NCBI GenBank assembly: GCA_963773065.1
Contig: CAVYZN010000008.1
Span: forward strand, 64,001 to 128,000
DNA: 64,000 nucleotides
From: an uncultured Gammaproteobacteria bacterium
GTDB lineage: Bacteria > Pseudomonadota > Gammaproteobacteria > UBA9214
Reading direction: 5' to 3'
The notes under the pieces were generated by a model, which was given only the letters and a program-made list of their open reading frames with translations, did not search any database and was not told where the DNA came from. Below, one piece after another: positions 1-14,581 of this stretch; positions within the stretch are counted from its first letter, which is position 1, and each line of letters opens with the position of its first letter. The translations under genes and the position numbers were made by a program.

Positions 1-210
1 CATCAATGCCGGTTTCCTCCCGGAGTTCGCGTCGTGCGGCCTGCGGCGGCGTTCTCGCCCCAGTCCAGTGATCCCGTGACCGACTGCCAGAAATCGGCGG
101 GTCCTGCCTTTGCAGCATCAGGACCTCGCCCATCGTGGTGTAGACGATGACCAAGACCGATTCGGGCCGTTTGTATTGCGGAGGTTCCAGAACGTCCTCA
201 CTGCCCGGAC
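1..210 (-). CDS. nudB: Dihydroneopterin triphosphate diphosphatase (NUDIX), 5' part only, runs off window start; contains indels
   Basis: Not in ORF track. Manual translation of the reverse strand gives YKRPESVLVIVYT...FWQSVTGSLDWGE...AARRELREETGID (NudB N-terminus plus Nudix box) across two frame changes; lies downstream of aspS as in other gammaproteobacteria. Start position approximate. Confidence 0.85.
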
Positions 211-256
211 ACGGAGGGAATGAAATTGTCCCTGCACCCGCGCCCGAGCGGGTTAT

Positions 257-284
257 TCACTTCTCACTTCTCACTTTTACACTT
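257..284. repeat. Degenerate heptamer tandem repeat (TCACTTC x2, TCACTTT, TACACTT)
   Basis: Directly visible: tcacttc tcacttc tcacttt tacactt in the aspS-nudB intergenic region. Confidence 0.7.
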
Positions 285-296
285 TCCCGTGGATTC

Positions 297-347
297 GACG
301 TACAGGGATGTACAAGTGTCGCGTGAGGCAGGAGGCCGGAAGCGACC
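297..347 (+). repeat. Intergenic copy of a 51-nt structured repeat (same family as the clpB insertion)
   Basis: gacgtacagggatgtacaagtgtcgcgtgaggcaggaggccggaagcgacc aligns ungapped at 39/51 with the reverse complement of 6970-7020. Confidence 0.85.
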
Positions 348-388
348 CGTGGCCATAAATTCAAACTGGTCATGCAGAACGCAGCCGG

Positions 389-2171
<1,783 letters not shown>

Positions 2172-2265
2172 GCAATGGAATTCCTGTGAGTTTCAGGGGC
2201 GAACGCGGCATGGTACGAGGTCGCCGCAGCCGGCGCAATACGGCACCGGACCCCGGTTGCCGGCC

Positions 2266-2604
2266 TCAACTGCCGGCGGTTTCCTTGCTGGAGGCGCCGC
2301 CTGAGGTCGTATCCGCGCCTTTCGGTGTGCCGGTGCCTGAGGTCGTGTCGCCGCCCTTCGGTGTGCCGGTGCCGGCGGCGGCGCCGTCCTTGCTGTCCGA
2401 CCCGACGACATTCTTCTTGCCGCCGGTCTTGAAATCGGTTTCATACCAGCCGCCGCCCTTCAGCCGGAAGGCCGAGGCGGAAACCAGTTTTTTCATGGCG
2501 GGTTTGCCGCATTTATGGCAGTCCGTCAAGGGCGGATCAGTGATCTTCTGCAGTGTTTCCAGATAGTGCCCGCAGGCTTCGCAACGATATTCATAGATAG
2601 GCAT
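2266..2604 (-). CDS. FmdB-family zinc-ribbon protein with low-complexity tail
   Basis: MPIYEYRCEACGH...CHKCGK...FRLKGGGWYETDFK; usual position upstream of aspS. Confidence 0.9.
   Translation of the reverse strand: MPIYEYRCEACGHYLETLQKITDPPLTDCHKCGKPAMKKLVSASAFRLKGGGWYETDFKTGGKKNVVGSDSKDGAAAGTGTPKGGDTTSGTGTPKGADTTSGGASSKETAGS
2300..2371. repeat. Two tandem 36-bp units in the FmdB-family tail (GTGTPKG[G/A]DTTS x2)
   Basis: cctgaggtcgtatccgcgcctttcggtgtgccggtg / cctgaggtcgtgtcgccgcccttcggtgtgccggtg. Confidence 0.85.
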
Positions 2605-2813
2605 GTCAGGTACATCCGTCCGGTGATTCCACCTTGCCGCCAGCGACCCTGGCAACAAGCGGTAGTATTATAGCGCCCCGGCCGGGACCGGTGTCTACGC
2701 CCCGCGGTCCGGGTAAACACAACAGACAAAGGGTTTGCGCAAGGTTCCGCGGGCGGCGTGATTCTGTGACAATAGCGCATCGCACGGCCGGTCAGGAATT
2801 CATCCGACAGCAC

Positions 2814-4635
2814 ATGCATACTCACCCAACCACCCTTCCCGGCAGCGCCGGCGCGGACAGGGAAACGCTGCGCCTGCTGGCGCCGTTCCTGTGGAGGTAC
2901 CGGGGCCGGGTGCTGCTCGCTCTGCTTTTCCTGGTACTGTCCAAGATCGCCAACGTCGGGATCCCGCTGGTGCTCAAACACATCGTCGATCATCTCGATG
3001 CCGCCGGGGTAAAGTCACTGGTGCTGCCGCTCCTCCTGCTGATCCTCTACGGGGTACTTAAACTCGCAAGTTCCCTGTTCAACGAATTGCGCGACTCGGT
3101 ATTTGCCCGGGTGCGCCACGGCGCAACCCGCAGCGTGTCGCTCAAGGCACTGGAGCATCTGCACAAACTCTCCCTGCGCTTTCACCTGGAACGCAAGACG
3201 GGTGGCTTGTCGCGCGACATCGAGCGGGGCACGAGCAGCGTCAGTTCGCTGCTCAACTACATGGTGTTCAACCTGCTGCCCACGCTGGTGGAAATTCTCA
3301 TGATCGCCGGCATCCTGCTGTTCCGCTATGACGTCTGGTTCACGCTCATCACCGTCGCCGCGGTGATTATCTATATCGTGTTCACCATGAAAATCACGGA
3401 ATGGCGCATGCAGTACCGGGTCACCATGAATACGCTGGACTCCAAGGCCAGCAGCCAGGCCATCGACAGCCTGCTGAACTACGAGACCGTCAAGTACTTC
3501 GGCAATGAAGCCTATGAACTCAGGCGCTACGATGATTCCCTGCGCGGCTGGGAGGCGGCGGCGGTCAAGAGCCAGACTTCCCTGTCGGCGCTCAATTTCG
3601 GCCAGTCCGCCATCATCGCCATCGGCGTCACCCTGATCATGATCCTGGCCGCCCGCGGCGTGGTGGCCGGCACGATGACGCTGGGGGATCTGGTGCTGGT
3701 CAATGCCTTTCTGCTGCAACTGTTCATTCCGCTGAATTTCCTCGGCGTCGTCTACAGTCAGCTCAAACACGCCCTGGCCGACATGCAACTGATGTTCGCC
3801 GTGCTCGAGCGCGAACCCGAGATCACCAACCGGCCCGGCGCCCGGGAACTCGACGTCGGGGCGGCGGAAGTCCGCTTTGAACACGTCTCCTTCGCCTACG
3901 AGCAGGATCGGCCGATCCTGCATGGCGTCAGTTTCACCATACATCCCGGTCAGAAAATCGCGGTGGTCGGTCCCAGCGGCGCCGGCAAATCCACCCTGGC
4001 GCGGCTGTTGTTCCGCTTCTACGACGTCTCCGCCGGGCGCATTCTCATCAATGACACGGATATCCGCGCGGTCACCCAGGAAAGCCTGCGGCAGCGCCAT
4101 CGGCATCGTTCCCCAGGACACGGTGTTGTTCAACGACACCCTGTACTACAACATCGCCTACGCCAGGCCCGGGGCGGAGCGCGCCGAAGTCGAGCAGGCC
4201 GCACGGCTGGCGAACATTCACGCGTTCATCATGTCCCTGCCCCGGGACTACGCCACCGTGGTCGGGGAACGCGGGTTGAAACTCTCCGGCGGGGAGAAGC
4301 AGCGCGTCGCCATCGCCCGCGCCATCCTGAAAAATCCGAAGATACTGTTATTCGACGAAGCCACCTCCAGCCTGGATTCCCATTCCGAACAGCAGATCCT
4401 GGATGCCCTGCGCCAGGTCGCCGCCCACCACACCACGCTGGCCATCGCCCATCGGCTGTCCACCATCGTGGATGCCGACCACATTCTGGTCATGGACGGC
4501 GGCCGGATCGTCGAGCAGGGGACCCATCAGTCCCTGCTCGATCACAAGGGTTTTTATGCCAGGTTGTGGGCGTTGCAACAGGAGGAAAAGCGGTACGAAC
4601 TTCCGGCGGAGGCGGCCGCCGCGATGCTGGTGTAG
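2814..4635 (+). CDS. ATM1/HMT1-type ABC exporter (TMD+NBD fusion), one indel near 4095
   Basis: LSLRFHLERKTGGLSRDIERG, DSLLNYETVKYF, Walker A GPSGAGKST; second frame supplies IVPQDTVLFNDT, LSGGEKQRVAIAR, DEATSSLD, IAHRLST. Confidence 0.93.
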
Positions 4636-4712
4636 CTAGCCGTGATTTCCCGGACCACAACGCAGGAACCCACCAACAGGCGGGTTCCCGGAGGCGGCAG
4701 TGACTAACTGGC

Positions 4713-5303
4713 TCAGAAATTCAGCCGCACGCCAGCGAAGAAGTCGGTCACATCATTGTCGCTGAACCTGCGCACCCGTGTCCGCAGCGAGTACTGTTTG
4801 TTCAGGGCGTAGACCAGGCCGAGGCTGTAACCGGTATCTTCGTAGTTATCGGTATGCACCCGCACGATGGAGGGAGTCATTTCCAGCTTCTGCAGCGCCT
4901 GAACGCGGCCGCCGAATTCCATCTCATAACCTCTTTCGCTGTTATTGTTATTGCCCGAGTTTTCATTGTCGACAAAGCTGACGGTGCCGGTTAAATCAAC
5001 TTTTTCATGGACCGAATAATTGCCGCCCATCCCGATCCTGAAGGAATCGATATCGATATTATCGTTGCTACTGCCTTTCACATTATCGACCCAGAGTCGG
5101 GAATATCCGCCTTTTACATGAACATAATCACCCGCGGCGATGGACAGCTCCGTCGTGGCGCCGGAGGCATCCATCGGATCGGAGTTGATGTTTGTATAGC
5201 CGAGTTCGGCGTAGGAATAGTTGAACCCCTTGGCGCTCGTACCTTGTGAAACCGCCGCCAGCAGGACACATCCCAATGCGGCAATGAATCGACTCTTTAT
5301 CAC
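4713..5303 (-). CDS. Outer-membrane beta-barrel protein
   Basis: Signal peptide, FNYSYAELGY start, alternating beta-strand pattern, C-terminal GVRLNF (Bam signal). Confidence 0.8.
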   Translation of the reverse strand: MIKSRFIAALGCVLLAAVSQGTSAKGFNYSYAELGYTNINSDPMDASGATTELSIAAGDYVHVKGGYSRLWVDNVKGSSNDNIDIDSFRIGMGGNYSVHEKVDLTGTVSFVDNENSGNNNNSERGYEMEFGGRVQALQKLEMTPSIVRVHTDNYEDTGYSLGLVYALNKQYSLRTRVRRFSDNDVTDFFAGVRLNF

Positions 5304-5502
5304 CTCGACTCCTCCTGTCTTTTGTTGTGATGCTCAAATGAATCTTGCAAGCACGGCGATACTAAGAAATAGCGGACGCCGATACAAGCACTTATCGCAA
5401 CTAACCGAATATTACCGGGTGATTTTGACAGCGGCACAGCGACCGGCCAGACTTCCCGGCCAATGGACATCCTTTAGATTCACAATGACTTAGGCTAATG
5501 CA

Positions 5503-6330
5503 ATGGACACACGAACGATCCTGATAACCGGCTGTTCTTCCGGCATAGGCCGATGCGTGGCCTGCGCCCTGAAGACGCGCGGTTACCGGGTATTCGCCAC
5601 CGCCCGCAAGCGGGAGGATGTTGAATCCCTGGAAGCGGAAGGGCTGGAAAGCCTGCAACTGGATCTGACGGATTCCGGTTCAATCGCCGCGGCTGTTGGC
5701 GAAATCCTGGCGCGCACCGACGGACGCCTCTATGCCCTGTTCAACAACGGCGCCTATGGGCAGCCCGGCGCGGTCGAGGACCTGTCACGCGAGGTGCTGC
5801 GACTGCAATTCGAAACCAACCTGTTCGGCTGGCATGAGCTGACCAACCGGGTATTGCCCGTGATGCGCCGGCAGGGCTACGGGCGCATCATCCACAATAG
5901 TTCGCTGCTGGGTTTTGTCGCCCTGCCGTTTCGCGGCGCCTACACCGCCAGCAAACATGCGCTGGAAGGACTCACCGACACCCTGCGACTGGAATTGCGC
6001 GGCAGCGGCATCCATGTCTCGCTGCTCGAACCGGGGCCGATCGAAAGCCATTTCCGGTCCAATGCCTTTGCCGCCTACAAACGCCATATCGATCCGCAAA
6101 AGAGCGTCCATCGCAGTCACTACAGGAAACTGGAGGAACGTTTGATCAAGGCGGGACCGGTCGCGCCGTTTACCCTGCCACCGGAAGCCGTGTTGAAAAA
6201 GGTCATCCACGCACTGGAAAGCCGCCGTCCCCGGGCGCGTTACTACGTCACCTTCCCCACCTATTTGTTCGGCGTGTTGAAGCGGCTGTTGCCACAGGAT
6301 GCACTCGACAGGCTGCTGCTCAGAGTCTGA
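5503..6330 (+). CDS. Short-chain dehydrogenase/reductase (YbbO-like)
   Basis: TGCSSGIG, NNGAYG, YTASK catalytic motif. Confidence 0.9.
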   Translation: MDTRTILITGCSSGIGRCVACALKTRGYRVFATARKREDVESLEAEGLESLQLDLTDSGSIAAAVGEILARTDGRLYALFNNGAYGQPGAVEDLSREVLRLQFETNLFGWHELTNRVLPVMRRQGYGRIIHNSSLLGFVALPFRGAYTASKHALEGLTDTLRLELRGSGIHVSLLEPGPIESHFRSNAFAAYKRHIDPQKSVHRSHYRKLEERLIKAGPVAPFTLPPEAVLKKVIHALESRRPRARYYVTFPTYLFGVLKRLLPQDALDRLLLRV

Positions 6331-6509
6331 CCACGCGATGTGGTCAGAGAACGCATGCGCACCAGTGGTAAACACCGGTATCACCGCGTGACGTCACGCT
6401 CGCGGCCGCAACGGTATTCACTGCAGGACTTACCGCAGAGGCTTGCAACGTAGCGCGTTTGCGAGGTGAGCCAGGCAACTTCGTATGCCGTGGGCTTCGG
6501 TGACCTGCC

Positions 6510-9210
<2,701 letters not shown>

Positions 9211-9247
9211 GGGTTGTGTCTCCGCTGATGCAGGTTATTACCCTGTT

Positions 9248-9275
9248 TATTGGGGGTGAATCCACCGGTTTCAAG
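9248..9275 (-). promoter_or_regulatory. Sigma-32 (RpoH) promoter of clpB
   Basis: Minus strand CTTGAAA-13 nt-CCCCAAT closely matches the RpoH consensus CTTGAA-N13-17-CCCCATNT, about 40 nt upstream of the clpB ATG. Confidence 0.75.
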
Positions 9276-9331
9276 ACCCGCCGCAATTACGCCGACCACA
9301 TATGCCCGTCGACATCCGCGGTGGGCTGGGA

Positions 9332-10130
9332 TCAGTGCAGCGTCGAATGGGTAAAATAGATCACCATGACGCCGGCCGCGATCAGTATGATCTGCTGAAA
9401 TGTTGCATGAGACCTCGACACGCTGGTGCAGCGTGGGGATGAGATCCGCCACCGCGATGTAGATAAAACTCGACGCGGCGACGGCCAGCACGTAGGGCAA
9501 GACGGCTTGCAGGTCCTACAGGGCATAAAAGGCCAGCAGGCCACCGATCACGGTGGTCAGGCTGGACAGAACATTGTAGAACAACGCGCTCCCGCGCCGG
9601 TAACCGCTGTGCAGGAGCAGCGCGAAGTCGCCCACCTCCTGGGGAATTTCGTGGGCCGCCACGGCCAGGCTGGTCACGATGCCCAGGTGAACGTCCGTGA
9701 GAAAGGCGCCGGCAATCAGCACGCCGTCGAGAAAGTTATGCAGACCGTCCCCAATCAGTATCAAGGTACCGGCGGAACGCTGGCGGCCATTCTCTGCGTG
9801 GATGTGGATTTCACCGGGTGTATGGACTTCACATTGATCGGCATGGCAATGCCGCCATATCACCATTTTCTCCAGCAGGAAGAACCCCAGCAGGCCGAAC
9901 AGTACCGTCATGGGTATGAGGTGGGTATCGGTTATGCCCGGTGACTCGAGCGCATGCGGCAGCAGCCCCATGAAGGCCGCCCCCAGCAGGGCGCCGGTCG
10001 CGAAGCTGATCAGGTGCGGCAGCACCCGGTTGCGCAGCGGCTCCTTGAGGACCAAAAACACCGCCGCCGCCAGCACGCTCAGCACGCCGCCGACCAGGCA
10101 GAACAACACGATCCAAACGATCAGCGGCAT
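9332..10130 (-). CDS. ZIP-family metal (Zn) transporter, split by indels near the 3' end
   Basis: GDGLHNFLDG and AHEIPQEVGDF signature helices, His-rich loop HCHADQCEVHTPGEIHIH; C-terminal part ASSFIYIAVADLIP in ORF 9192-9500. Confidence 0.9.
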
Positions 10131-10185
10131 GCGGTTATCCCGGGTTCACTTGCGGTCGGTCATGATACCTGACGGTAACAGTACC

Positions 10186-10926
10186 TCATATATCCTGCAG
10201 CCAGATCAGCGTCGCCATGCGGCCGGTGACTCCCTCCCGGCGGTAGGAGTAAAAGCGCACCGGGTCCTCAAAGGTGCAGAATCCGCCCCCATAGACCGCG
10301 CTGACCCCATGGCTCTGCAGGCGTTGCCGGGCGAGATGGTACAGATCGGCATGCCAGCCCCCGGCCGCTGCAGGCCGGAATGCCGCCTCTGCCGCCGGAT
10401 CGTGCGTGACGAACGTCGCGCGGACTTCATCACCCACCACGTAGGCCTGCGCGCCGATGGCCGGTCCCAGCCAGGCCATCAGCTCGCCGCCCGGCACCGG
10501 CAGGGCGGCGACGGTCTGCTCGATCACCCCGGCCGCCAGGCCGCGCCATCCGGCATGCGCCGCCGCGACGGCGCGCCCGCCACGATCACACAACAACACC
10601 GGCAGACAATCGGCGGTCAGCACGGCGCAGACCACACCCGGCTCGAGGGCATAAGCGGCATCGGCCATGACCGGAGTATCGACCCCGGCGGCATCCACCA
10701 CCTGCGTGCCATGCACTTGCGTGAGCCACGCCGGCATCAAAGGAAGCCGCAGCGCGCGCCCCAGATGCAGGCGGTTTGCCGCCACCGCATCGGCATCATC
10801 CCCCACGTGAGCGGCCAGATTGAGGGAGGCATAGGGCGGCCGGCTGACCCCGCCAGCACGCGTCGTGGACACGGCGCGGACCCGCTCCGGCGCCGGCCAC
10901 TCGGGAATGATCCAGGCATTACTCAA
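10186..10926 (-). CDS. pgeF: Peptidoglycan editing factor / purine nucleoside phosphorylase YfiH
   Basis: SLNLAAHVGD, LTQVHG, LTADCLPVL, AHAGWRG, FYSYRR; TTG start overlaps the rluD stop. Confidence 0.93.
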   Translation of the reverse strand: MSNAWIIPEWPAPERVRAVSTTRAGGVSRPPYASLNLAAHVGDDADAVAANRLHLGRALRLPLMPAWLTQVHGTQVVDAAGVDTPVMADAAYALEPGVVCAVLTADCLPVLLCDRGGRAVAAAHAGWRGLAAGVIEQTVAALPVPGGELMAWLGPAIGAQAYVVGDEVRATFVTHDPAAEAAFRPAAAGGWHADLYHLARQRLQSHGVSAVYGGGFCTFEDPVRFYSYRREGVTGRMATLIWLQDI

Positions 10927-11890
10927 TCGAGTCGCCCTCGCGCCGGGCATCGGCGCGCAGGGCAGCAACGAGTAATTCCATATCGGGCGGCAACGGCGCC
11001 TGCCACGCCATCTGTTCTCCGCTTTTGGGATGCACGAGTTCCAGAAGCTGCGCATGCAGCGCCTGACGCCTGAAGTCGTGTAACACGTTCTTCAGGACAT
11101 CGCCGGCGCCGCGCGGCAGGCGCAGCCGCCCGCCGTAGACCGGATCGCCGAGGACGGGACTGTGTAGATGCGCCAAATGAACCCGGATCTGGTGGGTGCG
11201 GCCGGTTTCGAGGCGCACCCGCACCAGCGTGTGGGCGCGGAAGCGCGCCACCACGCGGTAATGGGTGATCGCCTCCCTGCCGCCCGTCACCACGGCCATG
11301 CGCTTGCGATCAACCGGATGTCTGCCGATCGGCGCATCGATCCGGCCGCCGGCGGTCAACACGCCATTCACCACGGCCAGGTACTCCCGCCTGATGCGAC
11401 GCGCCTGCAGTGCTTCGACCAGTTTGTTGTGGGCGCAAAGCGTGCGCGCCACGACCATCAGGCCACTGGTGTCCTTGTCGAGACGGTGCACGATCCCCGC
11501 GCGCGGCAGCGCCGCCAGTCCGGGGTCATGGTGCAACAGGGCGTTCAGCAACGTCCCGTCCGGGTTGCCGGCCGCGGGGTGCACCACCAGCCCGGGGGGC
11601 TTGTTGATCACCAGCAACTCCTCGTCTTCATGGATCAGATCGAGCGGTATCGCTTCGGGCGCGTCGACGATCTCAGCGGTGATCTCGGCATCGATGCGGA
11701 CCGTATCACCGCCGTGTACGCGCTCTCTGACCTTTGGGACCCGGCTCTCCAGCGTCACCTGCCCGTCCCGTATCCATTGCTGAAGACGGCTACGCGAATA
11801 ATCCGGCACCAGTTCCGCGAGCGCCTGGTCCAGGCGCTCGCCGTCGAGATGTTCCGGGATGCTGACTGAGAACCGGATGGGTTGGGACAT
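10919..11890 (-). CDS. rluD: 23S rRNA pseudouridine(1911/1915/1917) synthase
   Basis: S4 domain, GIVHRLDKDTSGL, LETGRTHQIRVH, RQALHA; bamD-rluD-pgeF-clpB synteny. Confidence 0.96.
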   Translation of the reverse strand: MSQPIRFSVSIPEHLDGERLDQALAELVPDYSRSRLQQWIRDGQVTLESRVPKVRERVHGGDTVRIDAEITAEIVDAPEAIPLDLIHEDEELLVINKPPGLVVHPAAGNPDGTLLNALLHHDPGLAALPRAGIVHRLDKDTSGLMVVARTLCAHNKLVEALQARRIRREYLAVVNGVLTAGGRIDAPIGRHPVDRKRMAVVTGGREAITHYRVVARFRAHTLVRVRLETGRTHQIRVHLAHLHSPVLGDPVYGGRLRLPRGAGDVLKNVLHDFRRQALHAQLLELVHPKSGEQMAWQAPLPPDMELLVAALRADARREGDSIE

Positions 11891-11974
11891 GACAAGATGA
11901 GGTTTGGGTTATACTCTGCGGCCTGCCCGGGGCAGGTTCATACCTGGGCACGCTATTTCTGATACCCTAAGCCC

Positions 11975-12781
11975 ATGCGTTTGTCGAGTTATTTTCCGAT
12001 ACTCCTGCTGCTCCTGGCCGGCGGCTGCTCTTTGTTGCCTGAACAGGTGGACAAGACCAAGGACTGGTCGGCAAGCCAGCTCTATTCCGCGGCCAAAGAG
12101 TCCCTGAATGACAAGGATTATAAAGAGGCCATCGACTATTTCGAAAAACTCGAAGCGCGTTACCCGTTCGGGACGTACGCCCAACAGGCCGAACTGGAGA
12201 TCGCCTACGCCTATTACAAATACGAGGAACCCGAATCCGCCATTTCCACGGCCCAGCACTTCATCAAGATGAACCCGCGTCACCCGAATGTCGATTATGC
12301 CTGGTACATCATGGGGCTAACCAATTACAACCGCGGCAAGACGTTCATAGACCGTGTCCTGCCCCAGGACCCATCGCAACGCGACACCACAATCATGCAC
12401 CAGGCCTACGACGACTTCTATCAACTGGTCAAGAACTTTCCCAACAGCAAATATGCCGGCGACTCGGCGCAGCGCCTGATACACCTGCGCAATAACATGG
12501 CGCTTTATGAAATGCACGTAGCAGACTATTACATGCGCCGTAGCGCTTATATCGCCGCCGCCAACCGCGCCGAATACGTCGTCGAGAACTATCAGCGCAC
12601 GACCTCGATACCCGATGCGCTGATCATCATGGTGCGCGCCTACCGCAAGCTCGGGATGAATGAACTCGCGGATGACGCCCTGCGCGTACTGCGTCTGAAC
12701 TACCCCGACAATCCCGACATTCCCGCCCTGTCGCAGGGGCTCGATCCGAAGCATAAAAAAGGTCTGTTCGGCTGGCTTTAG
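11975..12781 (+). CDS. bamD: Outer membrane protein assembly factor BamD (ComL)
   Basis: Lipobox LAGGC, LEARYPFGTYAQQA, HPNVDYA, YIAAANRA; divergent from rluD. Confidence 0.95.
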   Translation: MRLSSYFPILLLLLAGGCSLLPEQVDKTKDWSASQLYSAAKESLNDKDYKEAIDYFEKLEARYPFGTYAQQAELEIAYAYYKYEEPESAISTAQHFIKMNPRHPNVDYAWYIMGLTNYNRGKTFIDRVLPQDPSQRDTTIMHQAYDDFYQLVKNFPNSKYAGDSAQRLIHLRNNMALYEMHVADYYMRRSAYIAAANRAEYVVENYQRTTSIPDALIIMVRAYRKLGMNELADDALRVLRLNYPDNPDIPALSQGLDPKHKKGLFGWL

Positions 12782-12805
12782 CTAGTGTTCATCCATAAAC
12801 ACCGT

Positions 12806-12892
12806 ACTCACCGCAAAGACGCAAAGGACGCAGAGAAATATTTCAACGAAAACAATTAAACACTTTGCGTTCTTGGCGTCTTTGCGGTGAGT
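12806..12892. repeat. Inverted-repeat element (30-bp arms, 27-nt spacer) between convergent bamD and nadE; may act as a bidirectional terminator
   Basis: actcaccgcaaagacgcaaaggacgcagag ... ctttgcgttcttggcgtctttgcggtgagt, 27/30 complementary. Confidence 0.85.
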
Positions 12893-12912
12893 TTATTTCT
12901 TTATGGAGGCCA

Positions 12913-14571
12913 CTAGCTGGTATATCCCGAGGTAATCGGGTAACGCCGGTCACGCCCGAAGGCGCGCCGGGAAATGCGTATTCCGGGTGGCGCCTGGCGG
13001 CGCTTGTATTCATTGCGGTCCACCATGCGGACAACCCGCAGCACCACATCGGCGTCGAACCCGTCGGCGACGATCTGCTCGATACTCCTGTCCTGCTCGA
13101 TGTAGCGCTCCAGTATCGGGTCGAGCACGGTATACGGCGGCAGGCTGTCTTCATCCCTCTGATCCGGCGCCAGCTCGGCGGACGGCGCCCGTTCCAATAC
13201 CCGTCGCGGTATGACGCCGCCGAGGCTGTTGCGGTAGTCCGCCAGCCGGTAGACCAGCAGTTTCGGCACATCCTTGATCGGCGCGAAGCCGCCGGCCATA
13301 TCGCCGTACAGGGTCGCATAGCCAACGGACATCTCGCTCTTGTTGCCGGTGGTCAGCACTATCCTGCCCTTCTTGTTGGATAGCGCCATCAATATCACGC
13401 CACGACAGCGCGCCTGAATGTTCTCCTCGGTGGTATCCGCCGCCAGGCCGGCGAAGCTGGCCTCGAGGGCGGCAAGGAAGGTTTTGAAAACGGGTTCTAT
13501 GGATATCTCCTGATACTCGACCCCCAGCGCCTGCGCCTCGGCACGCGCGTCTTCCAGACTGATGCCGGCGGTATAGCGTGAAGGCATCATCACCGCTTCA
13601 ACCTTGTCGGCGCCCAGTGCGTCCACGGCGATCGCCAGCGTTAACGCGGAATCGACGCCACCCGACAGGCCGATCACCGCGCCGTCGAAATGATTCTTGC
13701 GGATATAGTCCCGCACACCCAGCAGCAGCACCTTGTAAATGGCCTCGGTGTTATCCAGATGCGCTGCACACTCACCGGGTATCGGCCGCACCCCGTCGGG
13801 GTCCGCCTCGAAATCGACCGGCAACAATACTTCCTCGCAGGCCGGCGCCCGGTGCGTCACCGCGCCATCCGTACTGACGACCACCGAACCCCCGTCGAAT
13901 ACCAGCTCATCCTGGCCGCCGACGAGATTGACGTAAACCACGGGGATGCCGGCCTCTCGGGTGCGCTGTCTCAGCAGGACCTCGCGCTCGACACCCTTGC
14001 CGGCATGGAAGGGAGAGGCATTCAGGTTGACGAGCAGGCGCGCGCCGGCGAAGGCGGCCTGCATGGCGGGACCCGTCGTCCAGATATCTTCGCAGATGGT
14101 GATACCCACGGGAACGCCATTGAGATTCACGACACAGGCGGAATCACCCGCCGAGAAGTAGCGTTTTTCGTCGAATACGCCGTAATTCGGCAACTGCTGC
14201 TTGCGGTAACTGGCGATGATTTCCCCGTCCCGGATGACGGAGGCGGCGTTGTACACCCGTCCCTCACGGCGCAATGGATGCCCGATGATGGCCACGATAT
14301 GACTGATGTCCCGTTTCAGGCGCGCCATGGCCTCATCGGCATGATCGATAAAGTGCGTGCGAAACAGCAGATCCTCCGGTGGATATCCGACCAGGGCGAG
14401 TTCCGGGAACACAATCACATCAGCGGCCAGCTCATCCCGGGCATAGCGGCAGGCGGCAATGATCTTCTCGGCATTCCCATGGATATCGCCAACCAGAAAA
14501 TCAAGCTGGGCCATGACGACGCGCAGACGATTCGATGATGGTTGCGTTGCTGAGGGCACGGTAGGGGTCAA
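12913..14571 (-). CDS. nadE: Glutamine-dependent NAD+ synthetase
   Basis: Nitrilase domain (FPEL, LPNYGVFDEKRYF, ICEDIW) plus synthetase domain (GLSGGVDSA, TGNKSE, GYATLYGDMAGG, NEYKRRQAPPG). Confidence 0.96.
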   Translation of the reverse strand: MTPTVPSATQPSSNRLRVVMAQLDFLVGDIHGNAEKIIAACRYARDELAADVIVFPELALVGYPPEDLLFRTHFIDHADEAMARLKRDISHIVAIIGHPLRREGRVYNAASVIRDGEIIASYRKQQLPNYGVFDEKRYFSAGDSACVVNLNGVPVGITICEDIWTTGPAMQAAFAGARLLVNLNASPFHAGKGVEREVLLRQRTREAGIPVVYVNLVGGQDELVFDGGSVVVSTDGAVTHRAPACEEVLLPVDFEADPDGVRPIPGECAAHLDNTEAIYKVLLLGVRDYIRKNHFDGAVIGLSGGVDSALTLAIAVDALGADKVEAVMMPSRYTAGISLEDARAEAQALGVEYQEISIEPVFKTFLAALEASFAGLAADTTEENIQARCRGVILMALSNKKGRIVLTTGNKSEMSVGYATLYGDMAGGFAPIKDVPKLLVYRLADYRNSLGGVIPRRVLERAPSAELAPDQRDEDSLPPYTVLDPILERYIEQDRSIEQIVADGFDADVVLRVVRMVDRNEYKRRQAPPGIRISRRAFGRDRRYPITSGYTS

Positions 14572-14581
14572 AGAAGATTGT

